From Puniceicoccales bacterium (GTDB lineage: Bacteria > Verrucomicrobiota > Verrucomicrobiia > Opitutales > JAIRKQ01): DNA of 63,777 nucleotides. The notes under the pieces were generated by a model. It searched no databases, had not been told where the DNA came from, and saw only the letters and a list, made by a program, of their open reading frames with translations. The stretch covers positions 1 through 63,777 of the forward strand of contig JAISYR010000006.1 in assembly GCA_031269795.1 (NCBI GenBank), in the 5' to 3' direction. The stretch's first letter is position 1. Each line of letters opens with the position of its first letter. Shown piece after piece: positions 8,691 to 17,898 of the stretch. A program made the position numbers and the translations under genes.

Positions 8691-11600
8691 CTATCCAAAG
8701 TACTTGCCATTAGCCGCTATGCGCAACGGTTCAACGTCAAATCGTATGTTTTTCACGACGGCATTTTTCGCAAAACTTCGTATTTTTTTTATATTCAAGG
8801 AACTACGCAGTGAATTTGCCAGCTTTGCTTTTTCCTGGCGGCCATCACAGAATTCAAAAATTAGGATATGTTCGACGGTTCCATCATTCCCGTGGACAAA
8901 ATCCCTCAGTTCGTCTAGAAATGCCGCCAGTTGGTTGGTTTCTGCATCGAGCAACCAGGTTACGGTTTTTGTCAACTTTTCTATCGCATAGTTTAGAGGT
9001 TCAAGGTCATTTACATTTAAACCAATTTCCGTGTCACGTGCTCGAGCATTGCCTGTAACCATAACCAAAACACCTTCTTCCAGCCTGTGGGATACCTTTT
9101 CATAGACATCGGGGAAACAATTCATTTTATATTGTGCATTTCTGGTTTCCAAAGTGAAAAAGGCCCATGCACGATTATCTTTCTTTGTGATTTTTTTACT
9201 AATTGTTCCCAAAATTCCACAAATTCTAAAACAATCCCTATCTTTTAAAACCGATAAATCTCCACTCGCCGGTGAATTTATGCTGGGCAAAAACTCCCTA
9301 TAATCTTCCAGCGGATTTCCACTAACGTAAAAACCTAGAAGCATTTTTTCATGGCGTAACTTTTCGACTTTCGACATCGGGCTAGATGTTGTTGGGATTT
9401 GTGCCCGTCCATCCCTTTCGGTGGGCCCCAACATGTCAAATAGTTGCATCTGACCCATGGACACATCCTGTTGCATCGTGGCGGCTTCCTGCATGGCGGT
9501 GGGCAAATATTCTAGGAGATGTTTTCTGTCATGGCCGAAAACATCGAATGCCCCGGTTAGGATTAAAACTTCCAGCACTCGTTTGTTTACCACACGCACA
9601 TCTATGCGCCTTATAAAGTCCATAAAATCCATGTAGGGACCTCTTTGATCACGTTCCGACAGGATATTTTTTGCGGCGACATCACCGAGACCCTTTATCG
9701 CCGATAATCCAAATAAAATATACCCATCATTTTCTTCCACATAGGGTGTAAATACTTCTCCAGACTTATTGATGTCAGGGCCTAGAACCGAAATTCCCAT
9801 ACGGGTAACTTCAGCTATTAAATCCCTAATTTTATCAGCATTACCGCTGTCACAGGAGAGCAATGCGGCCATAAATTCTACGGGGAAATGAGCTTTTAAA
9901 TAGGCAGTGTAATACCCGATAACCGCATAGGCATCCGAATGGGACTTATTGAACCCATAGCCCGCAAATTTTTCCAGTACGGAAAAAATTTCTTCCGCCT
10001 TTTTTTTTGGAATCCCATTGTGTGCCGCTGCACCCTTGACGAAAACATCACGCTGTGCGTTCATCACGTCAACCTTTTTTTTGCCCATTGCGCGCCGCAA
10101 AATGTCAGCTCCCCCAAGTGAATATCCAGCTATTACACGTGCTGCTTCCATAACCTGTTCCTGGTACACAAGGATGCCATTCGTGGATCGGCAAACATTT
10201 TCCAGCAGTGGGTGAGCGTATTTAATTTTCGTCGGATCTTTTTTCCCTGTTACGTATTCTGGCAACCATTCCATCGGCCCTGGCCGATACAATGCGCTCA
10301 GTGCACTAATATCATCAACGCTGGTAAATCCGAATTGCCTACACCAGCGCTGAATCCCTACGGATTCAAACTGGAAAACCCCTGTTGTGTCGCCGGTTCG
10401 CATTAGCACAAACGTATCTTCATCTTCCAATCCGACATTGGAAACACTAAAATTTTCCCACCCTGGGCGACGGCGAATGCTTCTCTCCGCCAAGTCAATC
10501 ACCGTTAAAGTTTTCAATCCCAAGAAGTCCATTTTCAGCAGTCCCAACTCTTCCACCGCCTCCTTTGCATATTGCGTGCACAGCACATTGTCTTGGATGG
10601 TTACGGGCACAAGATCCTGTGTCGGTCGATCGGCAATAATGATTCCACAGGCATGGGTTCCCGTATTCCGTACCATACCTTCCAAAATTTTCCCTTCGTC
10701 CAAGATTCTACTAATCAGGGCATTGCGTTGTCGCTCATTGCGCAATTCTGCCGATTTGGTAATCGCATGTTCTATGGTGATACCAAGGTCATCCGGAACC
10801 ATTTTTGCTATTCTATCCGCATCTTCATAGGGAATGTCATAGACTCTACAAAGGTCCCGAATAACCATTTTTGCACCGAATGTTCCAAAAGTTATGATGT
10901 TTGCCACGTGATCCCGGCCATAGACATTGCGGACGTACTCAATGACATCTTCCCGGCGATTCATGCAAAAGTCTATGTCAAAGTCCGGAGGAGAGATTCG
11001 CTCCGGGTTGAGAAATCTTTCAAAAAGCAAATTGAATCGTATGGGATCGATATCCGTAATTTTTAGCACATAGGCCATCAAACATCCAGCCCCTGATCCA
11101 CGTCCAGGCCCTACAACAACACCATTCGTTTTGGCCCAATTAACAAAATCCCAAACGATTAAAAAATAGTCGACGAATCCCGTTTTTTCTATGGTCGACA
11201 ATTCGTAGTCAAGTCGCCTACTGAGATTTTCAGGGGAATGTTTTTCTTCCTGGCTTATTTCGTCTACCCCGAAGGCCTCTTTCTTTTTTCCCACTGTGGC
11301 CTTTTTCTCTTCCGGTTCCGTTGTAGCGACGTAATCGACGTTATATCGCTCTTTTAACCCTTTCAGGCATAAATTCCGCAAAAATTCTCCGTTGGAAACG
11401 TTATCTTCGTTAGCTTTTCGAAAGACCGGATAGTGATTCTCCCCATAGGGCATTTCGAAACTGCACATCTCCGCGACGGTAAGCGTATTGTCTAGGATAT
11501 CCGAGCGGCCGTCGAAGAGCAACTCCATTTCTCCGCGGGACTTTATGTAAAATTGATGCCACCCCATTCGCATGCGATTTTCATCTTTGACCTTTGCCCC

Positions 11601-12278
11601 GGTCTGGATGCATAACATGGCATCGTGGGCTTCCCAATCCGTTTGCAAAACATAGTGGCAATCGTTGGTGGCTACCGCACGAACATCGCTGTCATCTGCC
11701 AGTTTTAGTAGCTTTGGTAAAACGATCTTTTGCTCATCCATTCCGTGATTTTGTACCTCCACAAAAAAATTCTCTTTGCCAAAAATCGATACCAATTCTT
11801 CCAACCCCTGCTTTGCTAGTTCATCGTTTCCTTCCAATAGCATTTGGGGCAAGTACCCTTGAAAGCATCCGCTCAAACATACCAAATCCATGCCATACCT
11901 TTTTAGAAGGTCGAAATTTATCCGAGGCCTGTAGTAAAATCCTTCCCGGTGGGCAATGGAGACCAATTTGCACAAATTTTTATATCCATTTAGGTTCTTT
12001 GCCAATAGTATTGTGTGATAGAGTGGATGTTTTTTCCTCTCCACAATATCTTCATGGTGTAAGGTATAAAACTCACATCCGATGATCGGTCTAACGTTCG
12101 CTTTTTTGGCATATTTCATGAAGTCGGGAACTCCAAAAATATTTCCATGGTCCGTCATTGCAATCGCTGGCATTTTAAGCTCTGTAACACGGTCGAAGAG
12201 CCTATCCATGCGACATGCACCATCGAGCAAACTATAATCCGTGTGCACATGAAGATGGACAAAAGACTTATCTGACAT
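8691..12278 (-). CDS. dnaE: DNA polymerase III alpha subunit
   Basis: PHP domain start (MSDKSFVHLHVHTDYSLLDG), polymerase core (GRGSGAGCLMAYVLKITDIDP, PDFDIDF) and an OB-fold C-terminus. The track start at 12305 adds 9 aa; ATG at 12278 fits the usual DnaE N-terminus better. Confidence 0.95.
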   Translation of the reverse strand: MSDKSFVHLHVHTDYSLLDGACRMDRLFDRVTELKMPAIAMTDHGNIFGVPDFMKYAKKANVRPIIGCEFYTLHHEDIVERKKHPLYHTILLAKNLNGYKNLCKLVSIAHREGFYYRPRINFDLLKRYGMDLVCLSGCFQGYLPQMLLEGNDELAKQGLEELVSIFGKENFFVEVQNHGMDEQKIVLPKLLKLADDSDVRAVATNDCHYVLQTDWEAHDAMLCIQTGAKVKDENRMRMGWHQFYIKSRGEMELLFDGRSDILDNTLTVAEMCSFEMPYGENHYPVFRKANEDNVSNGEFLRNLCLKGLKERYNVDYVATTEPEEKKATVGKKKEAFGVDEISQEEKHSPENLSRRLDYELSTIEKTGFVDYFLIVWDFVNWAKTNGVVVGPGRGSGAGCLMAYVLKITDIDPIRFNLLFERFLNPERISPPDFDIDFCMNRREDVIEYVRNVYGRDHVANIITFGTFGAKMVIRDLCRVYDIPYEDADRIAKMVPDDLGITIEHAITKSAELRNERQRNALISRILDEGKILEGMVRNTGTHACGIIIADRPTQDLVPVTIQDNVLCTQYAKEAVEELGLLKMDFLGLKTLTVIDLAERSIRRRPGWENFSVSNVGLEDEDTFVLMRTGDTTGVFQFESVGIQRWCRQFGFTSVDDISALSALYRPGPMEWLPEYVTGKKDPTKIKYAHPLLENVCRSTNGILVYQEQVMEAARVIAGYSLGGADILRRAMGKKKVDVMNAQRDVFVKGAAAHNGIPKKKAEEIFSVLEKFAGYGFNKSHSDAYAVIGYYTAYLKAHFPVEFMAALLSCDSGNADKIRDLIAEVTRMGISVLGPDINKSGEVFTPYVEENDGYILFGLSAIKGLGDVAAKNILSERDQRGPYMDFMDFIRRIDVRVVNKRVLEVLILTGAFDVFGHDRKHLLEYLPTAMQEAATMQQDVSMGQMQLFDMLGPTERDGRAQIPTTSSPMSKVEKLRHEKMLLGFYVSGNPLEDYREFLPSINSPASGDLSVLKDRDCFRICGILGTISKKITKKDNRAWAFFTLETRNAQYKMNCFPDVYEKVSHRLEEGVLVMVTGNARARDTEIGLNVNDLEPLNYAIEKLTKTVTWLLDAETNQLAAFLDELRDFVHGNDGTVEHILIFEFCDGRQEKAKLANSLRSSLNIKKIRSFAKNAVVKNIRFDVEPLRIAANGKYFG

Positions 12279-12483
12279 GGCAAATGTTTTGGGGAAACAT
12301 TCCAACTTTGCAATCGTTATTCGGAAGTAATTTTCCGTGATTTATTTTAACTATCGCTGGTCAAATTTTATAAAATTTTTTCATTTTTTCACCATACCAA
12401 TGCCAGGTCATTTAATACTTTTTAAATTTTTGAAAAATTTTCCTTGATAATTGGCAGCCAAAACATACACTTCATACCACTTT

Positions 12484-13269
12484 ATGGATATACTTGCCCT
12501 TGCCCAACGCCAGAGATTTCATCTTGAAATCGCCGCTAGCAATTCAACGAATGCGGAGCTCAGTAATTTACACCCAACAGGTTCTGTATCTAAATCCGAT
12601 TCACAAATACAGCCGACGGAAGTCATTCCGCCGATTCCCCAATGGATCAATGATATTGAGTTAAACGCCCTTCTAAGTACTGCCGGCAGGAACAGGCATA
12701 GAACGTCTGGTGATGGACATAACAACTGCGGATTCAATGCAATATTAGAGCAAGTAGGAGATAGGACTCACACCTCGGAAATGGTTAACTTACTGAGGCA
12801 TAGGCTAAAATACGGTGACGAATCTTCCAATGAAATGTTTGATTCTCATTCCTGTCTACGCGTTGCAGACCTTTTTAAGCGTCCGGTCGTTGAACTATGC
12901 TACAATAGTGGTAATAGTAAAATTACACAACTGTCTTTTTCTGTTCCAGCCGTAGATCTGAGCATTCACCTCAGAAATGATGTACAGTTGTCTCAAAATT
13001 TTGTACAGTGGTGCAAAAATTCCGAATGGCAACAGGATAGAATTGACATCCTATCCCAATGGTTGGAGACTAATCTGTCGGGTATGGCAAATTTTAACAC
13101 AGCTACACCCTATGACGTTGCACTACAATTATTGCGGTGTCCTAGGGCGATAGCGTTGATTTCAATTGACACTGGTGGACACTTTGATGCAGCCCCATAT
13201 GGAGATTTGCCGACGGAAGGCAGTGTGTTAGAACTTCTCAGAAAAGAGGAAGAAGAAAAGAAAGATTAG
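12484..13269 (+). CDS. OTU-like cysteine protease (candidate deubiquitinase-type effector)
   Basis: GDGHNNCGFNAILEQV (Cys codon 12727-12729) resembles the OTU DGNC catalytic motif. The C-terminal GGHFDA (His codon 13180-13182) resembles the OTU HY(D/E) motif. About 85 aa of S/T/P/Q-rich N-terminus with no signal peptide. An alternative TTG start lies at 12451. Confidence 0.5.
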   Translation: MDILALAQRQRFHLEIAASNSTNAELSNLHPTGSVSKSDSQIQPTEVIPPIPQWINDIELNALLSTAGRNRHRTSGDGHNNCGFNAILEQVGDRTHTSEMVNLLRHRLKYGDESSNEMFDSHSCLRVADLFKRPVVELCYNSGNSKITQLSFSVPAVDLSIHLRNDVQLSQNFVQWCKNSEWQQDRIDILSQWLETNLSGMANFNTATPYDVALQLLRCPRAIALISIDTGGHFDAAPYGDLPTEGSVLELLRKEEEEKKD

Positions 13270-13380
13270 AAAAAACTTTGCAAATCATTGAGATTTGCCA
13301 TAGCCTTCCTAACCCCGGAGAAGCTGTTTGCTATTTTTAAAAGATTGTTGGTCAATTGGTCGATCATTGATCGAAAATAT

Positions 13381-13408
13381 GGCGCGGAATTTTCAAAAAT
13401 TCCACGCC
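13381..13408 (-). terminator. Candidate intrinsic terminator downstream of the PAP2 gene, between convergent genes
   Basis: Inverted repeat GGCGCGGAATTTT-CA-AAAATTCCACGCC. On the minus-strand RNA the single mismatch becomes a U-G wobble, and the hairpin is followed by AUAUUUUCG. Lies 22 nt past the PAP2 stop. Confidence 0.5.
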
Positions 13409-13429
13409 TAAAGGGAGATGGATGGATCC

Positions 13430-13972
13430 CTAAAAATTTACTTCGTAGGCAATCTTTGTATATTCTCCGTTGGTATCTACGACGACGTTGGTTTTCTTTT
13501 CAACGAAATACCAGGTCCACAGACAGGAGATCGCCGCCCCGACAATAACATCTCGGGGATGATGTTTTTTTGCCTGTATCCTTGACATTCCCGTTGCTAT
13601 GGCAAGCCCATAGGGTATCATAGCTTGCCTGAATCCATATCGCCTGTGTATGAATGATGCCCCATTAAAAGCACTGGACGTGTGTCCACTTGGAAATGAA
13701 TGCTTTTTGTCCCCTTCTTTATAGTCTGGACGTTTTTGGTGTGTCGTTTGTTTTAGAACGTGGACACTCAATTGAGAAGCTGCCAGGCTGTAGATAAACT
13801 GTTTAGTTCCTTCATATCCTTCTTCACCCCGTGAAAGCCCAAAGGCATATACGGGTATTGCAAATTGTAAAATATCTCCCATCCGTTGGAAATCATTTGC
13901 TCCTAGCCGACCTATGGGTATAAAAGCCGCCAATATTAATATTAAAACTATACATTTATTTGTTTGTGTCAT
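13430..13972 (-). CDS. PAP2-family (type 2 phosphatidic acid phosphatase-like) lipid phosphatase
   Basis: Signal/TM N-terminus. All three PAP2 motifs are present: KQTTHQKRPD (KX6RP), PSGHTS (PSGH), SRIQAKKHHPRDV (SRX5HX3D). Confidence 0.85.
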   Translation of the reverse strand: MTQTNKCIVLILILAAFIPIGRLGANDFQRMGDILQFAIPVYAFGLSRGEEGYEGTKQFIYSLAASQLSVHVLKQTTHQKRPDYKEGDKKHSFPSGHTSSAFNGASFIHRRYGFRQAMIPYGLAIATGMSRIQAKKHHPRDVIVGAAISCLWTWYFVEKKTNVVVDTNGEYTKIAYEVNF

Positions 13973-14171
13973 AAAGACACAATCTCAAAAAAATTTTTAT
14001 TTTGCAAGGAAATTTTTACAAATCTTTGATATGCATTTGCCGTTCTCTTGAAAATACTGGCAATTAGGCACAAAAGTTTTATACGATGGGTACCCAGGGG
14101 GCCAAATTTATGCAAAAATTTTATTGAGTTTTTAATCCGTAAAATTTATCTAGGGGACAATAGGTGACATT

Positions 14172-14342
14172 ATGCCGAGGGAATATATAATTCTAGAATG
14201 TACGGAAGCCAAAAAGGAAGGAAAGCCTGTATCGCGTTACATGTCTACGCGCAACAAAAAGATCCAAACCGAACGCGTCGAGAAGATGAAGTTTAATAAG
14301 TTCTTAAAACGTCACACTCTCCATCGGGAAATAAAAGGATGA
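14172..14342 (+). CDS. rpmG: 50S ribosomal protein L33
   Basis: 56-aa ORF below the track's size cut-off: [56 protein letters not shown]. It carries the L33 pattern (Y.T.KNK, HTLHxEIK). Only one Cys, so it is the non-zinc form. Confidence 0.85.
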   Translation: MPREYIILECTEAKKEGKPVSRYMSTRNKKIQTERVEKMKFNKFLKRHTLHREIKG

Positions 14343-14411
14343 ATAAAAGTCAGATAGTTTTCGAAATGAGGACGCATGTGGGTTGCTATACTTTGGACAC
14401 ATTTGGGTGAG

Positions 14412-15314
14412 ATGAGTATTGTGTTGATGTTTCCTGGCCAAGGTGCGCAGTATGTAGGGATGGGACGGTCCCTTTGTGAGAAAAATCGTGGGGCGGAGGA
14501 AATTTTTTCTAGGGCTAAAAAGATTTTGGGTCCACAGTTTTTGCAAATTTGTTTCCGAGGTCCCGATGAAATTTTGATGCAGACAAGTATTTGTCAGCCT
14601 GCTCTTTTTGTTCATGGTTGTGCAGTTACAAACATCTTGCGCGAAATGGGTTACAATTTTGACGTTGCCTATGGGTTAAGTTTGGGCGAGTTGACAGCCC
14701 TGTGGGCTGCAGAAGTTATTGATTTTGAAACTGGGGTACACATGGTCTCGGAGCGTGGGAAGTTGATGCAGGCAGCATGCGAAAAAACTAAAGGTTCTAT
14801 GTTGTGCCTGCTGGGAGGAGCTTTGGAGGATGTGGATTCCCTATGCCACGAATCGGGGGTGGAGATTGCAAATATGAATTGTCCTGGGCAAATTGTCATC
14901 TCTGGAGAAACTAAAAACATTCAAAAAGCACAAGCATTGGCAGAAAAAATGACATTCAAACGCGTATTACCATTAAATGTTGCGGGGGCGTATCACAGCA
15001 GACTGATGGAAAGTGCCAGTGTTGGATTTGCAAAGGTGTTACAAAACATCGAGTTCCATCCCCCGCGAATCAAAGTATTAACAAATGTTACCGGAGAACG
15101 TGTAGAATCCCCAGAAGAAATCAAAGAAATGTTGGTACGGCAAATCGTTTCCCCGGTTTTGTTTGAAAAATGTTGTCGCTCCGCCATGCGCATGCAAATA
15201 TCCGAGTATTTCGAGTGTGGTCCGAAAAAAACACTATGTGGCATGTTAAAAAAAATTGACAAAGATATCATTGCGAAAAGTTTCGACAATATGGAAGATT
15301 TTAATTGCCAATGA
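14412..15314 (+). CDS. fabD: Malonyl-CoA:ACP transacylase
   Basis: MSIVLMFPGQGAQYVGMG start and active-site GLSLGE. ATG 14412 preferred over the track start at 14376. Confidence 0.9.
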   Translation: MSIVLMFPGQGAQYVGMGRSLCEKNRGAEEIFSRAKKILGPQFLQICFRGPDEILMQTSICQPALFVHGCAVTNILREMGYNFDVAYGLSLGELTALWAAEVIDFETGVHMVSERGKLMQAACEKTKGSMLCLLGGALEDVDSLCHESGVEIANMNCPGQIVISGETKNIQKAQALAEKMTFKRVLPLNVAGAYHSRLMESASVGFAKVLQNIEFHPPRIKVLTNVTGERVESPEEIKEMLVRQIVSPVLFEKCCRSAMRMQISEYFECGPKKTLCGMLKKIDKDIIAKSFDNMEDFNCQ

Positions 15315-15338
15315 ACCGCAAGGTTCAATTTTCAACCT

Positions 15339-15827
15339 ATGGTTACGATTATGTCCGATGAATTGGTTTTGACGGAGCAAATTGCTCACATTGTAGAATT
15401 AAACAAAGAGACTCGGCCTACTTGGGATGATTATTTCATGGCAGTTACCATGCTTATCGCCAGCCGTTCGAATTGTGGCCGCCTGCATGTTGGGTGCATC
15501 CTTGTGTCCAATGGCGAACATAAAAATCGCATAGTTGCGGCTGGATACAATGGTTTCATGGCCGGCGTCCCACACAATTCTAAAATGCGTGATGGTCACG
15601 AACAAGCCACTATCCATGCGGAACAAAATGCCATTACCGATGCTGCACGCCGCGGAATAAGCATTTCGGGGGCCACTGCATATATTTCCCATTTCCCATG
15701 CCTACAATGTGCCAAAATGCTTGCAGCTTCCGGGATCACGGAAATAAAGTATCACTTTGACTATAACAACGATCCTTTGGCGATCGAATTGCTCGGTGAG
15801 TGGAATGTAAGAGTTACACGGCTGTAG
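15339..15827 (+). CDS. Deoxycytidylate (dCMP) deaminase / ComEB family
   Basis: Zinc-binding deaminase motifs HAEQNAI and PCLQCAKM; TWDDYFMAVTMLIASRSNC is typical of dCMP deaminases. An alternative ATG lies at 15351. Confidence 0.85.
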   Translation: MVTIMSDELVLTEQIAHIVELNKETRPTWDDYFMAVTMLIASRSNCGRLHVGCILVSNGEHKNRIVAAGYNGFMAGVPHNSKMRDGHEQATIHAEQNAITDAARRGISISGATAYISHFPCLQCAKMLAASGITEIKYHFDYNNDPLAIELLGEWNVRVTRL

Positions 15828-16009
15828 AAAGGATCATGTCGCAATTGTATAAATTTTTTTAAGAGCTTTGTTCCCCGCTTTGCGCTTGCTGGGAAACTCG
15901 GCTATAGCTGAAAATATCATAGCCGAAGGTGTTACCTTTGGTCAAAAAAAGTTTGCACTTAGACGCCGTTGTGCTTGGCTTTATTGAAAATTTTGTTAAA
16001 ATTGCGACC

Positions 16010-16574
16010 ATGTCACTTTTTAGAACACTCTTTTTGTCAGCCATCATTTTGATACTATTTCAATCGACGGCTTCCGCAGATGTTGCCTACCGACGATATG
16101 TATAGTCGAACCGATGCTCATTTTGTTACTAATGCCGGTGATAGCCGTGGAGAGCGTTGTGATGGCAAGGATCATAAAAAGCATAAATTTTTCTAAAATT
16201 CTACGATGTCGAACCTAGTATCAACACTCCTTGGAGTCCCGATCATGTGGTTTTTAGTGGTTGTGATCCCAGGAGTTATTGCTAATACACCGGCATTCAG
16301 TGGATTATAATCTTCCAGAAACCACGAGAATCATATTAACCGCGATTTTAGCCCCCATATAAGCGATGGGTGGATGTTCTTTGCAGCTTGTCTATTTTTA
16401 ATGATTCCATTTTTCTTCGTATCGTACTGGGTAGCGTACACTGTGACCAAGTCATTCATGAAAATTTTTAACCCCAAGGAGGAACAAAAAACAATCAAAT
16501 CGGCGGTATTCAAGGCAAATGTAGTTTTATACATACTTTTAATTGCTCTTACAGTGCACAGCATATGTCTATGA
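16010..16574 (+). pseudogene. Probable decayed gene for a small multi-TM membrane protein (fragments in three frames plus an in-frame stop)
   Basis: Consecutive TM-like fragments. MSLFRTLFLSAIILILFQSTASA... stops at 16103. VEPMLILLLMPVIAVESVVMARIIK... is in the -1 frame and stops at 16216. MSNLVSTLLGVPIMWFLVVVIPGVIANTPAFSGL ends at TAA 16308-16310, and the same frame then continues into track ORF 16374..16574. Confidence 0.35.
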
Positions 16575-17898
16575 CTTGACCCGTATAATCTTGAAGTAAT
16601 GTGTGAAGAGATTTTTCTGCCACAAATTGCGGTGATAGCAAAGTTGTGGGAGGTTCTTCTCCAAAATTTGACAGACGCATGGGGGTGGCCGTCCTCGCCG
16701 GGTTCATCATGTTTATTCGAATGCCATCCGAAATCCATTCTTCCGATAGTGCTTGGCCTAAATTAACGATGGCAGCTTTCATCGAAGAGTAAATTGCGTA
16801 GGAAGCTCGGCCTCGGGTATGGGAACTGGACGTAAAAAATAGCAGTGCCCCCTTGGATTGTTTGAGATAGTTGTAGGATGCACGGACAACATTTATGCAC
16901 CCAAAGTAATTGGTCTCAACCTCATCGCGAATCTCTGCCATGGGTTTGTCATTCAGATTTCCAAGTTTTAAAATGCCCGTACTATTGATGATGAAATTTA
17001 TGCATTTTTCCCTGGAGTTAACTTCCTGCAATGCTCGCTGGATGGATGCTATGTCCCGCACATCAACCCCGTTTGCCCTGGAAAAGCCGTATGTTTTTGC
17101 TCCGTATTGCTGTGCCAAATCCATAATGGCTTTGCCGATGCCACTACTACTACCAAAAACCACCAGTATCCTATTGGCTAATTGCTTTAGATCACCGTCA
17201 AGCAAAGATAAGTGCTTTATTTGGAATAGCTTGTCGGCGATGAAGAGATCAATGGGGTGAGTAATTTTGATATTCCCTTCTTCCCCCTGAACGACATGAA
17301 TTTTGGCAAGATCAAACATTTTCACCAATCCGCAATCGTCGGTAAACTTCACGGAGGACGAAGCAGCTAGGGAATGGGCACGTTTTATTATGCCCAATTT
17401 GAATGCCTGTGGGGTTTGTCCTCTCATAAGCAATTGGCGGGGAAGAACATCTTCCACTGTCATGGTATCGCTAACCTCTATGATTGTGTCGGCCGTTGGG
17501 ATGGCGACATCTACGGCATTATATTTGTCAAGGGCGGCAATACAATTATTAATTATTCGGTCAGAAATCAGAGGACGGACGGCATCGTGGATCAAAACCT
17601 TTGCTTCTCCTTCGGCAATGGAATTAACACCAATGGAGGAACTCACTTGCCGTGTCTCTCCACCGATCAAAATTTTTCTGACTTTTTTAAAACCATTTTG
17701 ATCTAAAATTTTTTTGCAAAAATCAACGAACTGCCCATGCACAACTATAATTATTTCATCGATGGAACCATTGCGTTCGAAAATCTCGACGGAATGTTCC
17801 AAAATTGTCCTGCCAGAGATCTTTAAAAACTGTTTGGGCAAATCACTTCCAATGCGTTCACCAATGCCAGACGCTAGCAATATTGCATAGGTTTTCAT
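16549..17898 (-). CDS. Bifunctional IspD/TarI-like cytidylyltransferase + SDR reductase (Bcs1-like CDP-ribitol synthase)
   Basis: N-terminal half: MKTYAILLASGIGERIGSDLPKQFL (nucleotidyltransferase P-loop). C-terminal half: SDR with VFGSSSGIGKAI (Rossmann) and YSSMKAA (YxxxK). Same domain order as H. influenzae Bcs1/Acs1. Confidence 0.7.
   Translation of the reverse strand: MKTYAILLASGIGERIGSDLPKQFLKISGRTILEHSVEIFERNGSIDEIIIVVHGQFVDFCKKILDQNGFKKVRKILIGGETRQVSSSIGVNSIAEGEAKVLIHDAVRPLISDRIINNCIAALDKYNAVDVAIPTADTIIEVSDTMTVEDVLPRQLLMRGQTPQAFKLGIIKRAHSLAASSSVKFTDDCGLVKMFDLAKIHVVQGEEGNIKITHPIDLFIADKLFQIKHLSLLDGDLKQLANRILVVFGSSSGIGKAIMDLAQQYGAKTYGFSRANGVDVRDIASIQRALQEVNSREKCINFIINSTGILKLGNLNDKPMAEIRDEVETNYFGCINVVRASYNYLKQSKGALLFFTSSSHTRGRASYAIYSSMKAAIVNLGQALSEEWISDGIRINMMNPARTATPMRLSNFGEEPPTTLLSPQFVAEKSLHTLLQDYTGQVIDICCAL

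Noticed and set aside
10387-12085. Several 147-164-aa plus-strand ORFs (10387..10830, 10572..11066, 11594..12085)
   Set aside because: All are antisense inside dnaE, whose reading frame is continuous and highly conserved. None has motifs or an SD.
14304-14615. 103-aa minus-strand ORF
   Set aside because: It is antisense to the rpmG 3' end and the fabD 5' end, both of which have strong family signatures.
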